In this document: positions 1 through 12,899 of the stretch, piece by piece
Numbering within the stretch: position 1 is the stretch's first letter
Layout: every line of letters starts with the position of its first letter
NCBI RefSeq assembly: GCF_964355755.1
Contig: NC_092671.1
Coordinates: 2,666,001 to 2,730,000, forward strand
Origin: Antedon mediterranea
Taxonomy: Eukaryota; Animalia; Echinodermata
DNA: 64,000 nt
Direction of reading: 5' to 3'
Notes under the pieces: model-generated
Seen by the model: the letters and a program-made list of their open reading frames with translations, nothing else
Database searches by the model: none
What the model was told of the DNA's origin: nothing
Translations under genes and position numbers: made by a program

Positions 1-2703
1 TGCTGTTTATAGGCCACCGAGTTCAAATGACGATTGGCTCAATCAATTCCACGATGTCGTTGATTTTATCCTTTCTATTTTACATAAGTACTGTGGTGTA
101 ATTTTAACTGGTGATTTTAATTATGATTACGGTGTTGATAGTCCCTTAGTTTATAAGAAATTTAAAGAAATTATTGCTCCACTTGATACCATACAATTTG
201 TTGATTTTTTTACTCGTGTATCTAACACCAAAAGTAGCATTATTGATCTGGTCTTGTGCAATAACCCTGACATTGTATGTAATTTCAGAAGTCATCCCGG
301 TCTCAGTACAAGTGACCACCTTGGGGTTTATTTTAATATTAACGCTAGATGCAGTAAAGTTAAACCTGTAGATAGATATTATTATCAATATAGTAAATGT
401 GACCATGACGATCTTTTTACAACGTTGGGGGCGGTTCCTTGGGGACTGTGCCTGGAACAATCAGACTGTGAGGAAATGTGGGAAAATTTTAAAGACCTCT
501 TTCTCGCCACTATCAACGATTGTATCCCTAAAGTCAAAAGTAAAAAAAGAAACAGGCCAGCTTGGATAACTCAAGAAATGGTTACCATGGCTCGTAAAAA
601 GAAACGAATGCTAAAAGAGGCTCATCGTCATCCTCATAACCTAAATAAGATGGACAAATATAGAAAGTTTAGTAATAAATTAAGAAACCTAACAAAAAAA
701 GCTCATTTACAATATATTAGGAAATTAAGTGTCGCCTGTGTAAATGGTGACTCCAAACGTTTTTTTAGTTATGTTAAGACAAGGCGTAAGACTGGACAAG
801 TCAAAAACTTTGTTTTTAATGGTATACCCTTGGTTTCCGATATCGATGCGGTAAATGCATTTTCCACATTCTTTGCGTCAAACTTTAACGAACCTAATCG
901 TAATTTCAATGTTAACCATGAGATCTGTAATTGTGTTCACCCAGATATTGTTCCCCTTAATAACATTAATATTACTGAAAAAACTATTTTCGAGGCTCTA
1001 TTGTCATTGAAACCCAACAAATCCCCTGGACCAGACGGGATTACACCTAAAATGTTATCCATGTCAGCTCCAATTATTGCCCCAGTGTTGTGCAAAATGT
1101 TTAACAAGTTCTTAACGGATGGCTTTGTACCAAAAGATTGGAAACTCGCAAATGTCACTCCTATTTTTAAGTCAGGTAATCGTAACGATGTTAATAATTA
1201 TCGACCCATATCGCTATGTTCTATTATAGGTAAGGTTTTTGAACGTATTATAGCAGATAACATTCTTTTTCATCTTCAATTTTTTGGATTTATAAGTCCC
1301 ACGCAACACGGGTTTTATCCAGGTAGATCGTGTGTTACACAGGCCTCAGCGTTATATCATGATTGGTCACAAACAATGGATGTTAGACAACCTCCTGTAA
1401 TTGATGCAATATTCCTTGATTGGGAGAAGGCCTTTGACCGTGTTCCCCATGATTTAGTAATCAAGAAACTGCACAACATGGGAGTATGTGGATCTCTCCT
1501 AAAGTGTCTTCACTCCTTTCTCAGTGACAGATTCCAACGTGTTGTTCTTAACAAGGAGCATTCTGATTGGGATAGAGTGGGCTCGGGTGTTCCTCAGGGA
1601 TCAGTGTTAGGCCCGCTTCTATTTAATCTCTTTGTTTATGACCTACCTCTAAATACCTCTTCTGTTATGAAGCAGTATGCAGATGATACTGTAATTTATA
1701 AACCTGTATTCAGTCGTCATGATGCACTTACCTTACAACAGGATCTTTGTAAAATTTCCAAATGGTGTGAGGATAATAAAATGAAATTAAATGCAAAGAA
1801 GTGTAAAGTCATGCACATAACTAGGAAACGTAATTATATCCCTCATTTTATTTATACAATCGAATCCAATCCCCTTGAAGCTGTTAATTCACATAAATAT
1901 CTTGGTATTAACTTCTCACGTGATTTAACATGGTCTGCTCACGTTAATGATGTATCGATGAAATCAATGAGAATGCTTGGGTTTATCAAACGGTTTGTAG
2001 GTTTCAATGACACCGAAATTTTACTACGACTTTTTAATGCACTATGTCGACCTGTTATTGAATATGGTGCTCCTGTGTGGGATCCACATCAAAAACAACA
2101 TAATATAGCTATTAACAAGTCATTAAGACGGGTTACTAAATTGTGTGTTGAAGGCGATTTCACTGACAGGCTTAAGATACTAAATTTACCAGATATGGTT
2201 CAAAGAATGAAATTTCATAGTATAATTTTTGTAGTTAAGTGTTTGCATAATTTAATTGATTTTGATATATTTGAATACCTTACAATTAATTCTCGGTATC
2301 CTGAGTCGCTCACCTTTAAACACATGTATGCTAGAACTAATGCATTTAAATACTCCCTGTTTGTTAATTTTCCTCGAATATGGGAATGTATCCCGCATGA
2401 AGTTCGTAACAAAGTCCTGTTTAACTTTGGGGGGTTTAGAAGGGATTTGAAAAAATGTATTACTGATATCGAATTCATCTAGACTATCACTGTGTTTTTT
2501 TGTCTTTTGCGTTTTTCGTACTATTAGTTGGGAAAGCCACTCGACAGTGCAGTTCTTTTGAACTGATCCACTTTTGGTTACCCGCAGGTGCTGATTGTAC
2601 TTTGTTCTGTTTTGTTGAATGATGCCGTGCCTTGTTTATGATTTTTGTATGTTACCTGGAAATTGAATAAAATAAAATAAAATAAAATAAAATAAAATAA
2701 AAT
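1..2703 (+). mobile_element. Non-LTR retrotransposon (LINE) with 3' UTR and (AATAA)n tail
   Basis: ORF2 ends at 2482, followed by a T-rich 3' UTR and a perfect AATAA tandem tail at 2666-2703. Confidence 0.92.
2..2482 (+). CDS. LINE ORF2 (APE endonuclease + reverse transcriptase), CR1/L2 group; 5' part lies outside the window
   Basis: The frame of ORF 254..2482 is open back to base 2 (AVYRPP...LTGDFN...IDLVL...SDH, APE motifs). It continues into RT motifs KSPGPDG, NYRPISL, QHGF, FLDWEKAFD, GVPQGSVLGPLLF, YADD and KYLG, with no internal stops. Confidence 0.93.
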   Translation, partial: AVYRPPSSNDDWLNQFHDVVDFILSILHKYCGVILTGDFNYDYGVDSPLVYKKFKEIIAPLDTIQFVDFFTRVSNTKSSIIDLVLCNNPDIVCNFRSHPGLSTSDHLGVYFNINARCSKVKPVDRYYYQYSKCDHDDLFTTLGAVPWGLCLEQSDCEEMWENFKDLFLATINDCIPKVKSKKRNRPAWITQEMVTMARKKKRMLKEAHRHPHNLNKMDKYRKFSNKLRNLTKKAHLQYIRKLSVACVNGDSKRFFSYVKTRRKTGQVKNFVFNGIPLVSDIDAVNAFSTFFASNFNEPNRNFNVNHEICNCVHPDIVPLNNINITEKTIFEALLSLKPNKSPGPDGITPKMLSMSAPIIAPVLCKMFNKFLTDGFVPKDWKLANVTPIFKSGNRNDVNNYRPISLCSIIGKVFERIIADNILFHLQFFGFISPTQHGFYPGRSCVTQASALYHDWSQTMDVRQPPVIDAIFLDWEKAFDRVPHDLVIKKLHNMGVCGSLLKCLHSFLSDRFQRVVLNKEHSDWDRVGSGVPQGSVLGPLLFNLFVYDLPLNTSSVMKQYADDTVIYKPVFSRHDALTLQQDLCKISKWCEDNKMKLNAKKCKVMHITRKRNYIPHFIYTIESNPLEAVNSHKYLGINFSRDLTWSAHVNDVSMKSMRMLGFIKRFVGFNDTEILLRLFNALCRPVIEYGAPVWDPHQKQHNIAINKSLRRVTKLCVEGDFTDRLKILNLPDMVQRMKFHSIIFVVKCLHNLIDFDIFEYLTINSRYPESLTFKHMYARTNAFKYSLFVNFPRIWECIPHEVRNKVLFNFGGFRRDLKKCITDIEFI

Positions 2704-2802
2704 GTTTATACTATCAAATGTATACTAACAAACTGTAAGTGACAAAAAATGTGATGTGCCCATATGGATATTTGGACATTTTAGTGTACAGTAGACAGAG
2801 CT
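2704..2802. mobile_element. Partial MITE family A copy directly after the LINE tail
   Basis: Contains GTGACAAAAAATGTGATGTGCCCATAT and the terminal GTAGACAGAGCT shared with the full copies. Confidence 0.65.
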
Positions 2803-4294
2803 GAAGGTTCACGATTTGATAATGGTTAATGCTTAAGTGCAGTACTTCTATTATTAATGTGTCGACCGCTACGTATACCCCACTCTCTGTCAGGGAGGCC
2901 CAAGCCTGTTGCAGGAGAATCAGAAAATAATGTGTATATTTATATAAGAACTTAGTTTTTTTACTTTTGGATTTCTTTTATTAATCAGCTTTATTGAATT
3001 TTCCATGCCACTACACTCCTTTAAAATATAGTCATTTATTTAAGATCTAAAAGATGATAAAATAGTATTTAATTAAAAGACACTTTATTTATGTAACTTC
3101 AAGTATAAACAAATCAACAAACATGTTATTATTATTTTTATTTGTTTTATACATGTGGGAGTTAAGTAAATAGAAATTGGAACCAAAAGTATACAGATAG
3201 ATCTGTACTCGCCCATAAGAGTAAACAAAAAATACATTCCTTAAAAGCATGCATAAAGAAAATAGAAATGCAGCAAGGAAAGTGTTTATGTCGGGGAAGA
3301 ATACCTGGTAATTTCAATAAACAAAAATATTTATTTGGCCAATTTTTATTATTATTATTATTTTATTTATATAGCGCTTTTCCAAATTAGTGTAAAATGA
3401 TCAAAGCGCTTTACATCAGCAGACCCAACAATGAGTTACTTCTTAGGAAATAGATGTGTTTTGAGGGCTTTTTTAAATTTTTTAAAACCGTGGTTTTTTT
3501 CTGAAAATGTCTCCATCATGTACAATGGAAAGAATGGTAGAATGTCAGCAGAATGTCTAGGATTTTAAAATAAAAATTATACAAACCAGAAATGGTGTTT
3601 GTAGTCTATGAGTGTATTTCTACCTTGTTGATTTAGAAACGAGGGCAATGGCTTATGACGGTTTATCCAGGTAAATTATAGACATGATATAGGCACGGTA
3701 TAGACTGTGAAATTAAGTATTGAAATTCATTTAATGAATCTAATCTTATCCTTTGGATTTTAATTTATTATTGGGGCTCATCTTGTTGGATCCACCTACA
3801 ACACTTACTTTTGCTGTTATAAAGTATCAAACAGATCAAGTGGCTTAATTAAAATTACTATCACTGTCTACTGCAATAACATAAAGGTATATAGAAATAA
3901 ATATCCAATTATCATCAAATATAAATACTTCTTTTGATACGGGAACAAAGTAAGTTCCTATTTGTGAGTAGACGAGTGTGAAATACCACTAACTTCTTCT
4001 CAAAGGCATTCGATTGGAAATTATTGACAGAATGCTCGCCAATTAGTAAGAGTAACAGGTTTGTGATGAAGCGTAAAAGTAAGAATTTGTTAAATCATGT
4101 GTTTAATTTAATGACAAGAAGCCACTTCTTGAGATTCAATCAATCAATCATTTTTAACGCTGAATTTGAGACATCAAGTCTAATTGTAATGGGTTTGTTA
4201 AGGTCAATGGCGTGGTAAGAAAAAAGGTAAATCACAAAAATTTGAACTGCTCTCTCAAAACAACTGTTCAAAATAAGTAGACTACAAGACTTCC

Positions 4295-4486
4295 CTTCAT
4301 GATGACCAAATAGATAGAACCTTACATGATGGTAAAATAGTATTTTATATGATAGTGAAATAGTACCCTTCATGATGGTCAAATAGATAGAACCTTACAT
4401 GATGGTAAAATAGTATTTTATATGATAGTGAAATAGTACCCTACATGGTGCAATAGTATCCTACATGGTGCAATAGTATCCTACAT
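4295..4486. repeat. ~73-bp tandem duplication followed by 20-bp repeats
   Basis: CTTCATGATG..AAATAGATAGAACCTTACATGATGGTAAAATAG..TAGTACC occurs twice, then CTACATGGTGCAATAGTATC twice. Confidence 0.85.
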
Positions 4487-4664
4487 AATCAGCTTGTGTT
4501 CACTTAAAGAACCCAGTGCATCTTTCAGAAAGAGTAGGGAGTTACCTTGGTGTTCCATTTCAGCCCTTCATTTATCAACCATTGAATCATTTTGTACGGA
4601 AGCCATGACAGTTACCCTGTCTCAATAGGATGTTCAGGATCCAGATGAGTACATTCATTATTAT

Positions 4665-4975
4665 ACAAATAATGAATGTTTATGAGTGCAATGGTACAAA
4701 TAATGGCACGAGGTGAATGATGAAAGGTTATATCAACGAGGCAAAGCCGAGTTGATATAACCTTTCATCATTCACCAAGTGCCATTATTTGTACCATTAC
4801 ACGAATACAAAACATTCATTATTTGTTTTATATAACATCTAGACGTTTTTTTTTCGTACACAAAAATGTTTCAAAAAGTACTATTTAACGATCGTTGAAT
4901 AGTGCGTACTATTGCACGCCATGTGACCCACATTCGTCCAATCAAATGACAGGAATTTATTTAGGTGTTATATAA
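4665..4975. mobile_element. Long-palindrome non-autonomous element
   Basis: Arms of about 75 bp (4665-4737 versus 4752-4826) are nearly perfect inverted repeats around GAGGCAAAGCCGAG. A second short inverted pair TATATAACA..TGTTATATA extends to about 4975. Confidence 0.7.
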
Positions 4976-7737
4976 AAACTATTATAATAGTGTACAAAGT
5001 TCTGTGAATGATGTTTCTATCTATCTTAAAATACATTTTACAAACCTTGTATCAGATTTTCCACAGATCCTGCTTAAATAAAGTCTATCTCCATGTTATT
5101 TAAAATGTTTTTTTTACCTACCATATTTTCAATATTTTGCCACAATATTCTAAACAACAGCAATTCTAGATTTTAATCTATAAACAATCATGACAGCTTC
5201 AATTTTTATAACTACAGGATAACAATAATAATAATTACACATGACAATTTTCCAGATAAAATTGATAAATTATATAGAACGATTTCTAATAATGAAAAGA
5301 AATTTAAAAAAAATGTACTATACCTTCAATCAACAATACTTAATTAAACGTGACCTACTTATAAAAAACAATATGAAGCTACTAACATTTACGGAGGAGC
5401 CAGCAGGACTGATGCAGCGCAGGATCTATACTCTGTCTCATCGAGTCCAGTAACTAATAACGGTATACATTTCAAAACATTTGTTTTGGCTCCGAGCCAG
5501 ACAGCGCCATGGGATTCCAATACACAGAATAAGTGGCATTTAACTCTATTGTACCCATTGATGCTCAATAGGTAGATTATGTTAGCCTAGTTAATCATAT
5601 AATTAGACAAGCTTTATTATTATGAACCATATGCTGTTTTAATTATTAATAAATAGAACGTTTTAATATTGCTATAAATAAGTATTATTAATGATGAGTT
5701 ATAATACTGTAGTTTTTTAACACGCATGAGTACATCCTTGCCATTTGATTGGTTCAACTACAAATGGAAAAGTGATATTTAATGGAGATAGTTAATGGTA
5801 CTATTGCATGTTTTGTAAACATTTTTACTCTTGAAGCTATTGACTATTGCACATTCGATAAACAACTTTTGAGTGCGCCTGTTCTATGTATACCTGTTTA
5901 AAATGAATAATATACAGTAAATATTTCAAAAGATGTATAAAAAAAAAGGCAAATTACTTTTAAAATGTAGAAAATCTTGAAAAAAAAAAGAACAAAAGAG
6001 TCAACTAGACACCACTGAACGAAAAAACGTGGCCAGGGTATATGCTTCATTTAATTAATTTATTCATCCAAAGAGAAAAGAAAAAATATCATTAAAAACA
6101 TAGAAATACTGTATATCAAAATATGAAAAGGTGTATCAACAAAAAGGTAAAAGCTTGTACATAGATACTTATATGCTTGATTCTCATTTGCACCCAATGC
6201 AAGGAAGTAGATCAAAGTTAACATGATGGATAATAATTGAGCATTCTTGCACCCAACATGTGGAAACAGAGCTTTAGTGTGTCAAATAATTAGTTGTAAA
6301 AAAATAGAGGGCAGCAAACTGGTTTTAGCAGTAATCTACATTACAAATTGTCATGCATCAATGATTATTAGTTAATAACCCTAATAAACTATACAAGATT
6401 AAAGTGCATTAGCACAAATTATTCAGTCATTTATAAGTTTAATTTATAATCACAAATTGTGAATTAAAATTGTTAAAAAACTTTTTAGTTAATGTGTGTT
6501 AAATCGTGCTGAACTAATTTGTTTTCCCGATGGTAATTTTTAGTAATGATTTTATGTTTCAGTTGTAAAAATGAATTTATTGGAAAATATAAATTTAGTA
6601 AAAATAAGCTCTAGTGATGAGATAGCAGTTTGGTATTCACCTCAGTTAATCTTTCACTCATGAAATTCTCTTCATTCTACTTATAAACAATCAACAGGGG
6701 ACAATACATGGTCACACTTTTCATTTGACAGGTAAAATAAAATTATGAACTATTTTTTTATATCTAAATATTTTTGACACACTGATAAAATTATATGTAG
6801 CGCTGCCGTTTGAAAAAAAAAAAGCAGATTGCAAAAAGATTGAAGTGCCCATTACATTAGTGATGTTATTTATTTATTTTATGATGAGTGCAAAATATTG
6901 CAAAATTGCGAAATCATTGGTGAGCCAATAAAAAGCTACTCTAAAAAATATAAATAACCAGGTACATATAGCATATAATCTAAATTGCGTGTACATCTTG
7001 ATAATGCACTCTCACATCTCACTGAAGAATGACTATCTTCGACATGTCATTATTGATGATAATATCATATTGCAAAACAGCTCTAAAATCGTAACACGCT
7101 TGATTACAGTGCTATTATACTTTGAAGCAGCTCAAACAAAAACAACAAATATTAAATAAATGGCATAATCTATAATCTTATGTTTATACTACTGTACAAG
7201 TGCGTGTATGGTTTTAGAATAAGAGTTTTTTAAGTGAATGATGAAAATGATCTTCAATTACGAACTATCTGTTACAATTTTCAACTCAACTAAATGGGAT
7301 AAAATCTTATGTTAGTGTGATTTTTCTTTGTATTATTTGTTTTGTACCTGGAATTTTTTTTTTCGGAACTAAAGTGGTCAATCAATCAATTGTATCAATG
7401 AGAAGCTTTCTATAATATATAAATTCTTCAGAAACGTTGAGACAATCTCAACCATACTTTTGATCCATTTTGAAACACACAGTGTACTATACAGAACCAC
7501 AATTAAACAAAACTAAGCAAATTTTTATCATAGAGGCATTATAGTGAATATAATATCTCTATGCTTTTGTAATTATGAGTAAGTAATAAGATATCCTTTA
7601 TTAATTATAAATTACAAGGGTGACATCTTCCGGCGACAATATCTATAAAAACAGAAAAATACACACCTATTATGATTCATCTTTTAAAATTCTTAATTTC
7701 TACAAACATTTTTGACATTTTGTAAATTTTCATTTTA

Positions 7738-7850
7738 AGCCTTGTCTACACCATCAAACTTTATGTGACAAAAAATGTGATATGCCCATATATGGACATG
7801 ATGTCTTATCACTACCATATTTGGGCATATCACTACCATGTTTGGGCACA
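7738..7850. mobile_element. Partial MITE family A copy
   Basis: AGCCTTGTCTACACCATCAAACTTTATGTGACAAAAAATGTG... with ATCACTACCATATTTGGGCA repeats; the second TIR is lost. Confidence 0.75.
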
Positions 7851-8747
7851 GTACAGTACAATAATATTCACTGGTCATTTGAGGTGTATAATAAAAGTGG
7901 TATAACGTTTTAGGCCTTGTGATAGATACGGTAGATTTTAAGTCTACTTCTTATTTTACCTTGGTTTTCAGACAAGGCATAAAAGTTCACATTTTAGTGC
8001 AAATAAACGTCCTGTTTTAAGTGTTTGTACTAAATACGAACATGGGGGGTGGGGGGAGGGATTGGTGAATGGGAGATAGGAAATACAGTAGTATTAAAAT
8101 ATGAAGTCATTCTACTCCAAATGTTATAAGGGAATTGGATGTAAAACTACATTTTTCTTTTATTTGGCAGTGGCAGATCGGAAGAATACTCTATAATAAT
8201 TTTTTGATTAAAATAATTATTATTCAATTTTGGTGTGTATATCAAGCTAGCTACTGTAATTCATTGACCAGCATAAAACAGGAAAAATTTGTTTTAAAAT
8301 GAGTTAAATTTTATCTAATCAGACTGGAAGTCAAAGGTCAAATGTTTTTATTTGTACCTGTCAGCAGTTTTTAATGACGTCAATATGTGATAAATTATTT
8401 TATTATAATGACTTTAGGTGTTGTGAGTGACAGGTATAATTCTCTACTTCATTTAAGTTGCCAGGAAATATGAATTAAGAAACAAATCTATAAATCAAAA
8501 TATCAATGCCTGCAATGCAATAAATTATTCAATTTTTAAATTTGTGAAATAATACACCATGCAATAAAAAATAATTGCAATAGCATTACCACAAGCCTAT
8601 GTAGTCATTTGTCTCATAAATAAAATATTTAATTTAATACCTTTGAATGAAATATCAATATTCTCAAAATAAAACTATACTTTAAATAAAATTATCTTGC
8701 AATTTGTTTCTTTTGCATTTTTTTGTTTATATAGTAAATTGATTCAA

Positions 8748-11605
8748 CCTGTTAGTGGCGGTTTCATCGCTGTTGGTTGACAACTGAATAAAACAAATAA
8801 ATAATCTTTTATTTAAAATAAAAAACATAAGAATGTACCAAACATCCCAGGTCACAGCTTGGGGGATCAAGCACATGCAGGGAAAAACAAGACAACAAAT
8901 ACAAAACACTTAAAATAATAAATTATAGACACAATGTTCTCTGAAATAAAATAATTTAAACGAAATGAAAGAAATGAATGAAAACAATAGGGAATAACTT
9001 TACAGCAACAGGAAAATATTTTGGACCCCATTTGTTTTTTAATCAGACTCATGTTGAATAATACATAAAAAATATTAATTATTGCGAAATGCATTTCCTT
9101 ACAGTACTCAAAGGCACTGATCTGCTGAAAAACAAAGTTGCTGTTTATACACATTTTTTGGTCTGACTGAAAAGTGGGATCATCCTGCCTGGTGGAGGTT
9201 GATATTTTCTCTTCGACAACCTCCAGCATCTGCACCAGTGAAGTACTGCCATTAAACAAATTAACAGTACAGCTAAATAAATTTCAATTTCTTAAAGTTT
9301 TATCAGATGAAAAATTTAATCAAATATCTGACTGTCCTGTCCAATATAAAGTTAATAAACTTATTAAAAATAATAAGCAAAATCATGTGATCTTTATCTG
9401 TGATAGTTTCCTAATGTTAAAAGATAAATCTTTGTATTATAAGTAAATCTTGGAGTATTTCACTTTGTGATTGGTCAGTTTTTATTCTCTAGGGGACTGG
9501 CATTTATTTTCTTTTTCTGTTTAGAATCTGATAACCATTAAAAAAAAAAATTATACATACTCAAATCCAATAAATGATAAATAAAACAAAGAAATGTATA
9601 TTACATTCTATTTCTGTTTCTTAATATTTGTCTTAGTAATAAATTGTGGTCATAAAGTGAATTACAAAAAAAATAAATATATGTACAACAAAACAGATCT
9701 TTAATATTTTTTTCTTGTACGTTATATTCTGTGGTATTAATATTTAACAACATTATTTTAGAATTATGGGAAAAATAACCTCCTAGGCCGAGGTAATTAT
9801 TGCTAGAAATATATAATGTTCTTTTAAATAAAGCGTATTTTTCTTGTGTATGATAATGGTTAAAAAACCCACCTACACTGTCCTATAAAATTGAACTTCA
9901 GTAAAAATCTCAGGCAAAAATGATCTATGATCACAAGACAAGCATACTAAATCTTTACTACATGTATTACTGTATGTGAATAGTTGGTTGAGTATAAGAC
10001 ACTGTAGCCTACATAAAGTGACTTCTGTGAAGAAGTATCTTGTACAATTATCCTAATAGCAAACAGCAATAAATGTGGTTTTATAACATTGACTATGAGA
10101 AACTAATTGAGGCTAGCTTTCACTATTTTATAAAAGGTCAATCTTGACCCTTTGTTATAAGTACAATCACCATTACAGCATCATTTATTTATTTTATTAT
10201 GATTTTTATCACAGTGTATTAGACTGTTGATTCTTCTGAAAATGTAAAACAAGCCCGGGTAGTGGTTAGGGGTTTGGGGGTTATGGGGTTGGAGGAGGGG
10301 GGGTCTATGTTGGGTAGAGTAAACATACCCACAAACAGAGATGTTACCATTATGGAATGTGAAGACCTGATAAATTAAGATTAAGAAACGGAACATGAAC
10401 ACTTTTTCTCTATATATGTTTTAGCCATACATTTGATTATAAATAACATTTGACAACTGTTGAATAAACAATAATAAATACAGTAAAACTATTAATTAAG
10501 CACAAATGTGATATTTGTAAAAATATTAATCTTTCAAAATAATGTGAATGATCATTGATATGATTAAGTACATTATTTAAAAAAAAGCAATATGTTTATA
10601 CCAAATTGATGTACACTCTAAAACTAAAGAGTTAACATTATAGAACATTATTGGCTCTGTTTAGATTATAACAAATGTATTTTAAAACTCAAACTCTGAA
10701 CGATGATACATTGGATATATGTTTCATTAGTTTTATAAAGGACACATTAGGTTTGATCAACTGCGTTCAATCAAACCGATATGTCATGCTTTAGTCGACA
10801 AAGTACACACACACTTAAGCTAAATCATAATAGTTCAGTATATTACATAAAATTTTACTAGTGTATAATAACATTTTACTCAGCATCCATGGTTATTTTA
10901 TGTTCATATAGCGTGCAGTCATGATGCAATAGAGGCCATGTATACCGAGTCTCAAGGGCCGTTTATACCGCTAGGCCTAAAAGGCATGTTATCTAGCTGT
11001 TTGTCCGATCTATTGCTGTTCCGATAATTTCCTGAGCTGTGAGGGCACCCTATAGTTTAGGTACACAGTAGGTTCATGGGTGAGAACTTTGTAATGATAA
11101 TATATATAGGTCTGTATAGTGTTATGTTTTAGTTGATAACCAGCTTTCCATAAATGGATGGTGAAAAAGAGACAATTTTTATTTCATTCTATAGTTCTCT
11201 TATGAATTATCATGAAATTATTTCAATAAAATCAAACAACACAACTACTGCTGCATAAATTTAACTTAGCTGTAGGTGGATTGATATAGTGTCAACATTT
11301 TGGCAACACAAATACAAAAAAACCAATATAAAACATTATTTAGTGATTTACAAATCAAGGGTCAAAGAACAAGCAAAGAGGTACAGTATCTGATATTGTG
11401 AAAGATACCATAATATGGAAAAAGGTCCAAGATCTCAATTTTGATAAAATTAATTTTCAGACATAAAGTTTATTGAACAATTATAATTACTTACCTCTCC
11501 CAGTATTGTGTCACTTGTTGCTGGAATAGTACTGTAGATGTGCAGCTCTTCTGACCACTTGCTGGCCAAACGCTGACTTTCTTTAAACTTCGCCCACATT
11601 TCCAT
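8748..11605 (-). other. Putative spliced transcript or degenerate gene of unknown identity (candidate exons 11495-11605, 10328-10366, 9103-9272, 8748-8783; boundaries approximate)
   Basis: GC-richer islands bounded by AG/GT(A/T) sites. The first three join in phase: MEMWAKFKESQRLASKWSEELHIYSTIPATSDTILGE-VFTFHNGNISVCG-CTVNLFNGSTSLVQMLEV...AFEY. No recognisable homology; in-frame stops lie upstream. Confidence 0.3.
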
Positions 11606-12098
11606 TTGGTCATGGAGGTATCAATGTGTCAGTTGGCAATCATGACACTGTAGTGGCTCTATTATTACCCTGATATGATGAAAGTCTGACTACTGAATCC
11701 TGATGGGGTAGGATTTTCAAATTGTAAATTCACTTTCAAAAGAATTGTTTTTTTACATCAAATACTTCATTATAGATTCTTGATTAAAAAACCTAATTAA
11801 AAAAACATACGTACGTAATTGCACTTGAAAAACAATCGAAGAAAATAAAACCATTCATTTTTCACAAGGCAGGGGCTCATGGGATACAAAAACATCATGC
11901 ACAAATCGACCGAGTGGTGTGATACTTACTGCGACGTAAATGTAGGCCTAGCTAGTAAAGTTAAAACATCGCTAAACATACATAAAATATCAAATTGTAG
12001 TGCTCATAATTGCAAACGCTAAATATAATTACCGGCTGGCAAAATTCCTTGTTTATCAAACGTCGTGGCAAGATAATAAGATGATAAATATGTTTATT

Positions 12099-12899
12099 TG
12101 TTATGCGCGATTTGAACGATTTGCGCAATTTGAAATTGCGCAAAAAAAATCCTTGCGCAATTTGAATTGAAACATGTGTTTCAAATTGCGCAAGCAACGT
12201 ATTAAATTGCGCAAGTAATCTGCAAATTGCGCAAGGTTTTTCGACAGATTGTGAAATCATGTACACCCATATTTTTATAGTAATTTCTAAGAATGATTCA
12301 AATTTAAAGATAAATATCGCATTTCCTTATTTTAGTAGTGCAAATATTGTTATAAGTTAGCATACCGTCGAAGAACCGACGAAGGAAAACGAAGCGGTGG
12401 TGTTCCACCAGGCGGGCGCGGCGCGGGCGGCCGGCTATACTACTCTAGCCTAGCTAGGGTCTGGACTACTGATACTGACTAGGTTACATGGCCTAGCTTA
12501 AACTAATATTAAAAACTTAAAAAGTGAGTATTAAACATTATCTTCATTGAAATGGTCTTATTTATATAATAAAATACTAAATTTTAAACTCCTCTGCCTA
12601 GGCCTAGCCTATAGCCATGTATGGGAAAATTTACAGTTCGTTTTCAAATTGCGCAAAGGTGTCATATTGCGCAAGAACTATCTTGCGCAATTTACAAATT
12701 GTGCAGCGCAATTTAAAATTGCGCAAAGATTTTCTTGCGCAATTTGAAATTGCGCAAGTTGATTGCGCAATTTGAAATTGCGCAAAAAAATCCTTGCGCA
12801 ATTTGAAATTGCGCAAATAATTCTTGCGCAATTTAAAATTGCGCAAGGATTTTTTTGCGCAATTTCAAATTGCGCAAATCGTTCAAATCGCGCATAACA
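12099..12899. mobile_element. Non-autonomous TIR DNA transposon, Ginger-like (TGT...ACA ends, 4-bp TSD)
   Basis: ~65-bp near-perfect TIRs starting TGTTATGCGCGATTTGAACGATTTGCGCAATTTGAAATTGCGC. TATT direct repeat at 12095-12098 and 12900-12903. Subterminal arrays of TTGCGCAA. Confidence 0.85.

Noticed and set aside
10254-10315. G-quadruplex or telomere-like G-rich tract
   Set aside because: Irregular G runs with only one TTAGGG; similar poly-G tracts are scattered in introns (8043, 42790, 45788).
10614-10870. CACTCTAAAA as an EnSpm/CACTA terminus
   Set aside because: No matching inverted end found nearby.
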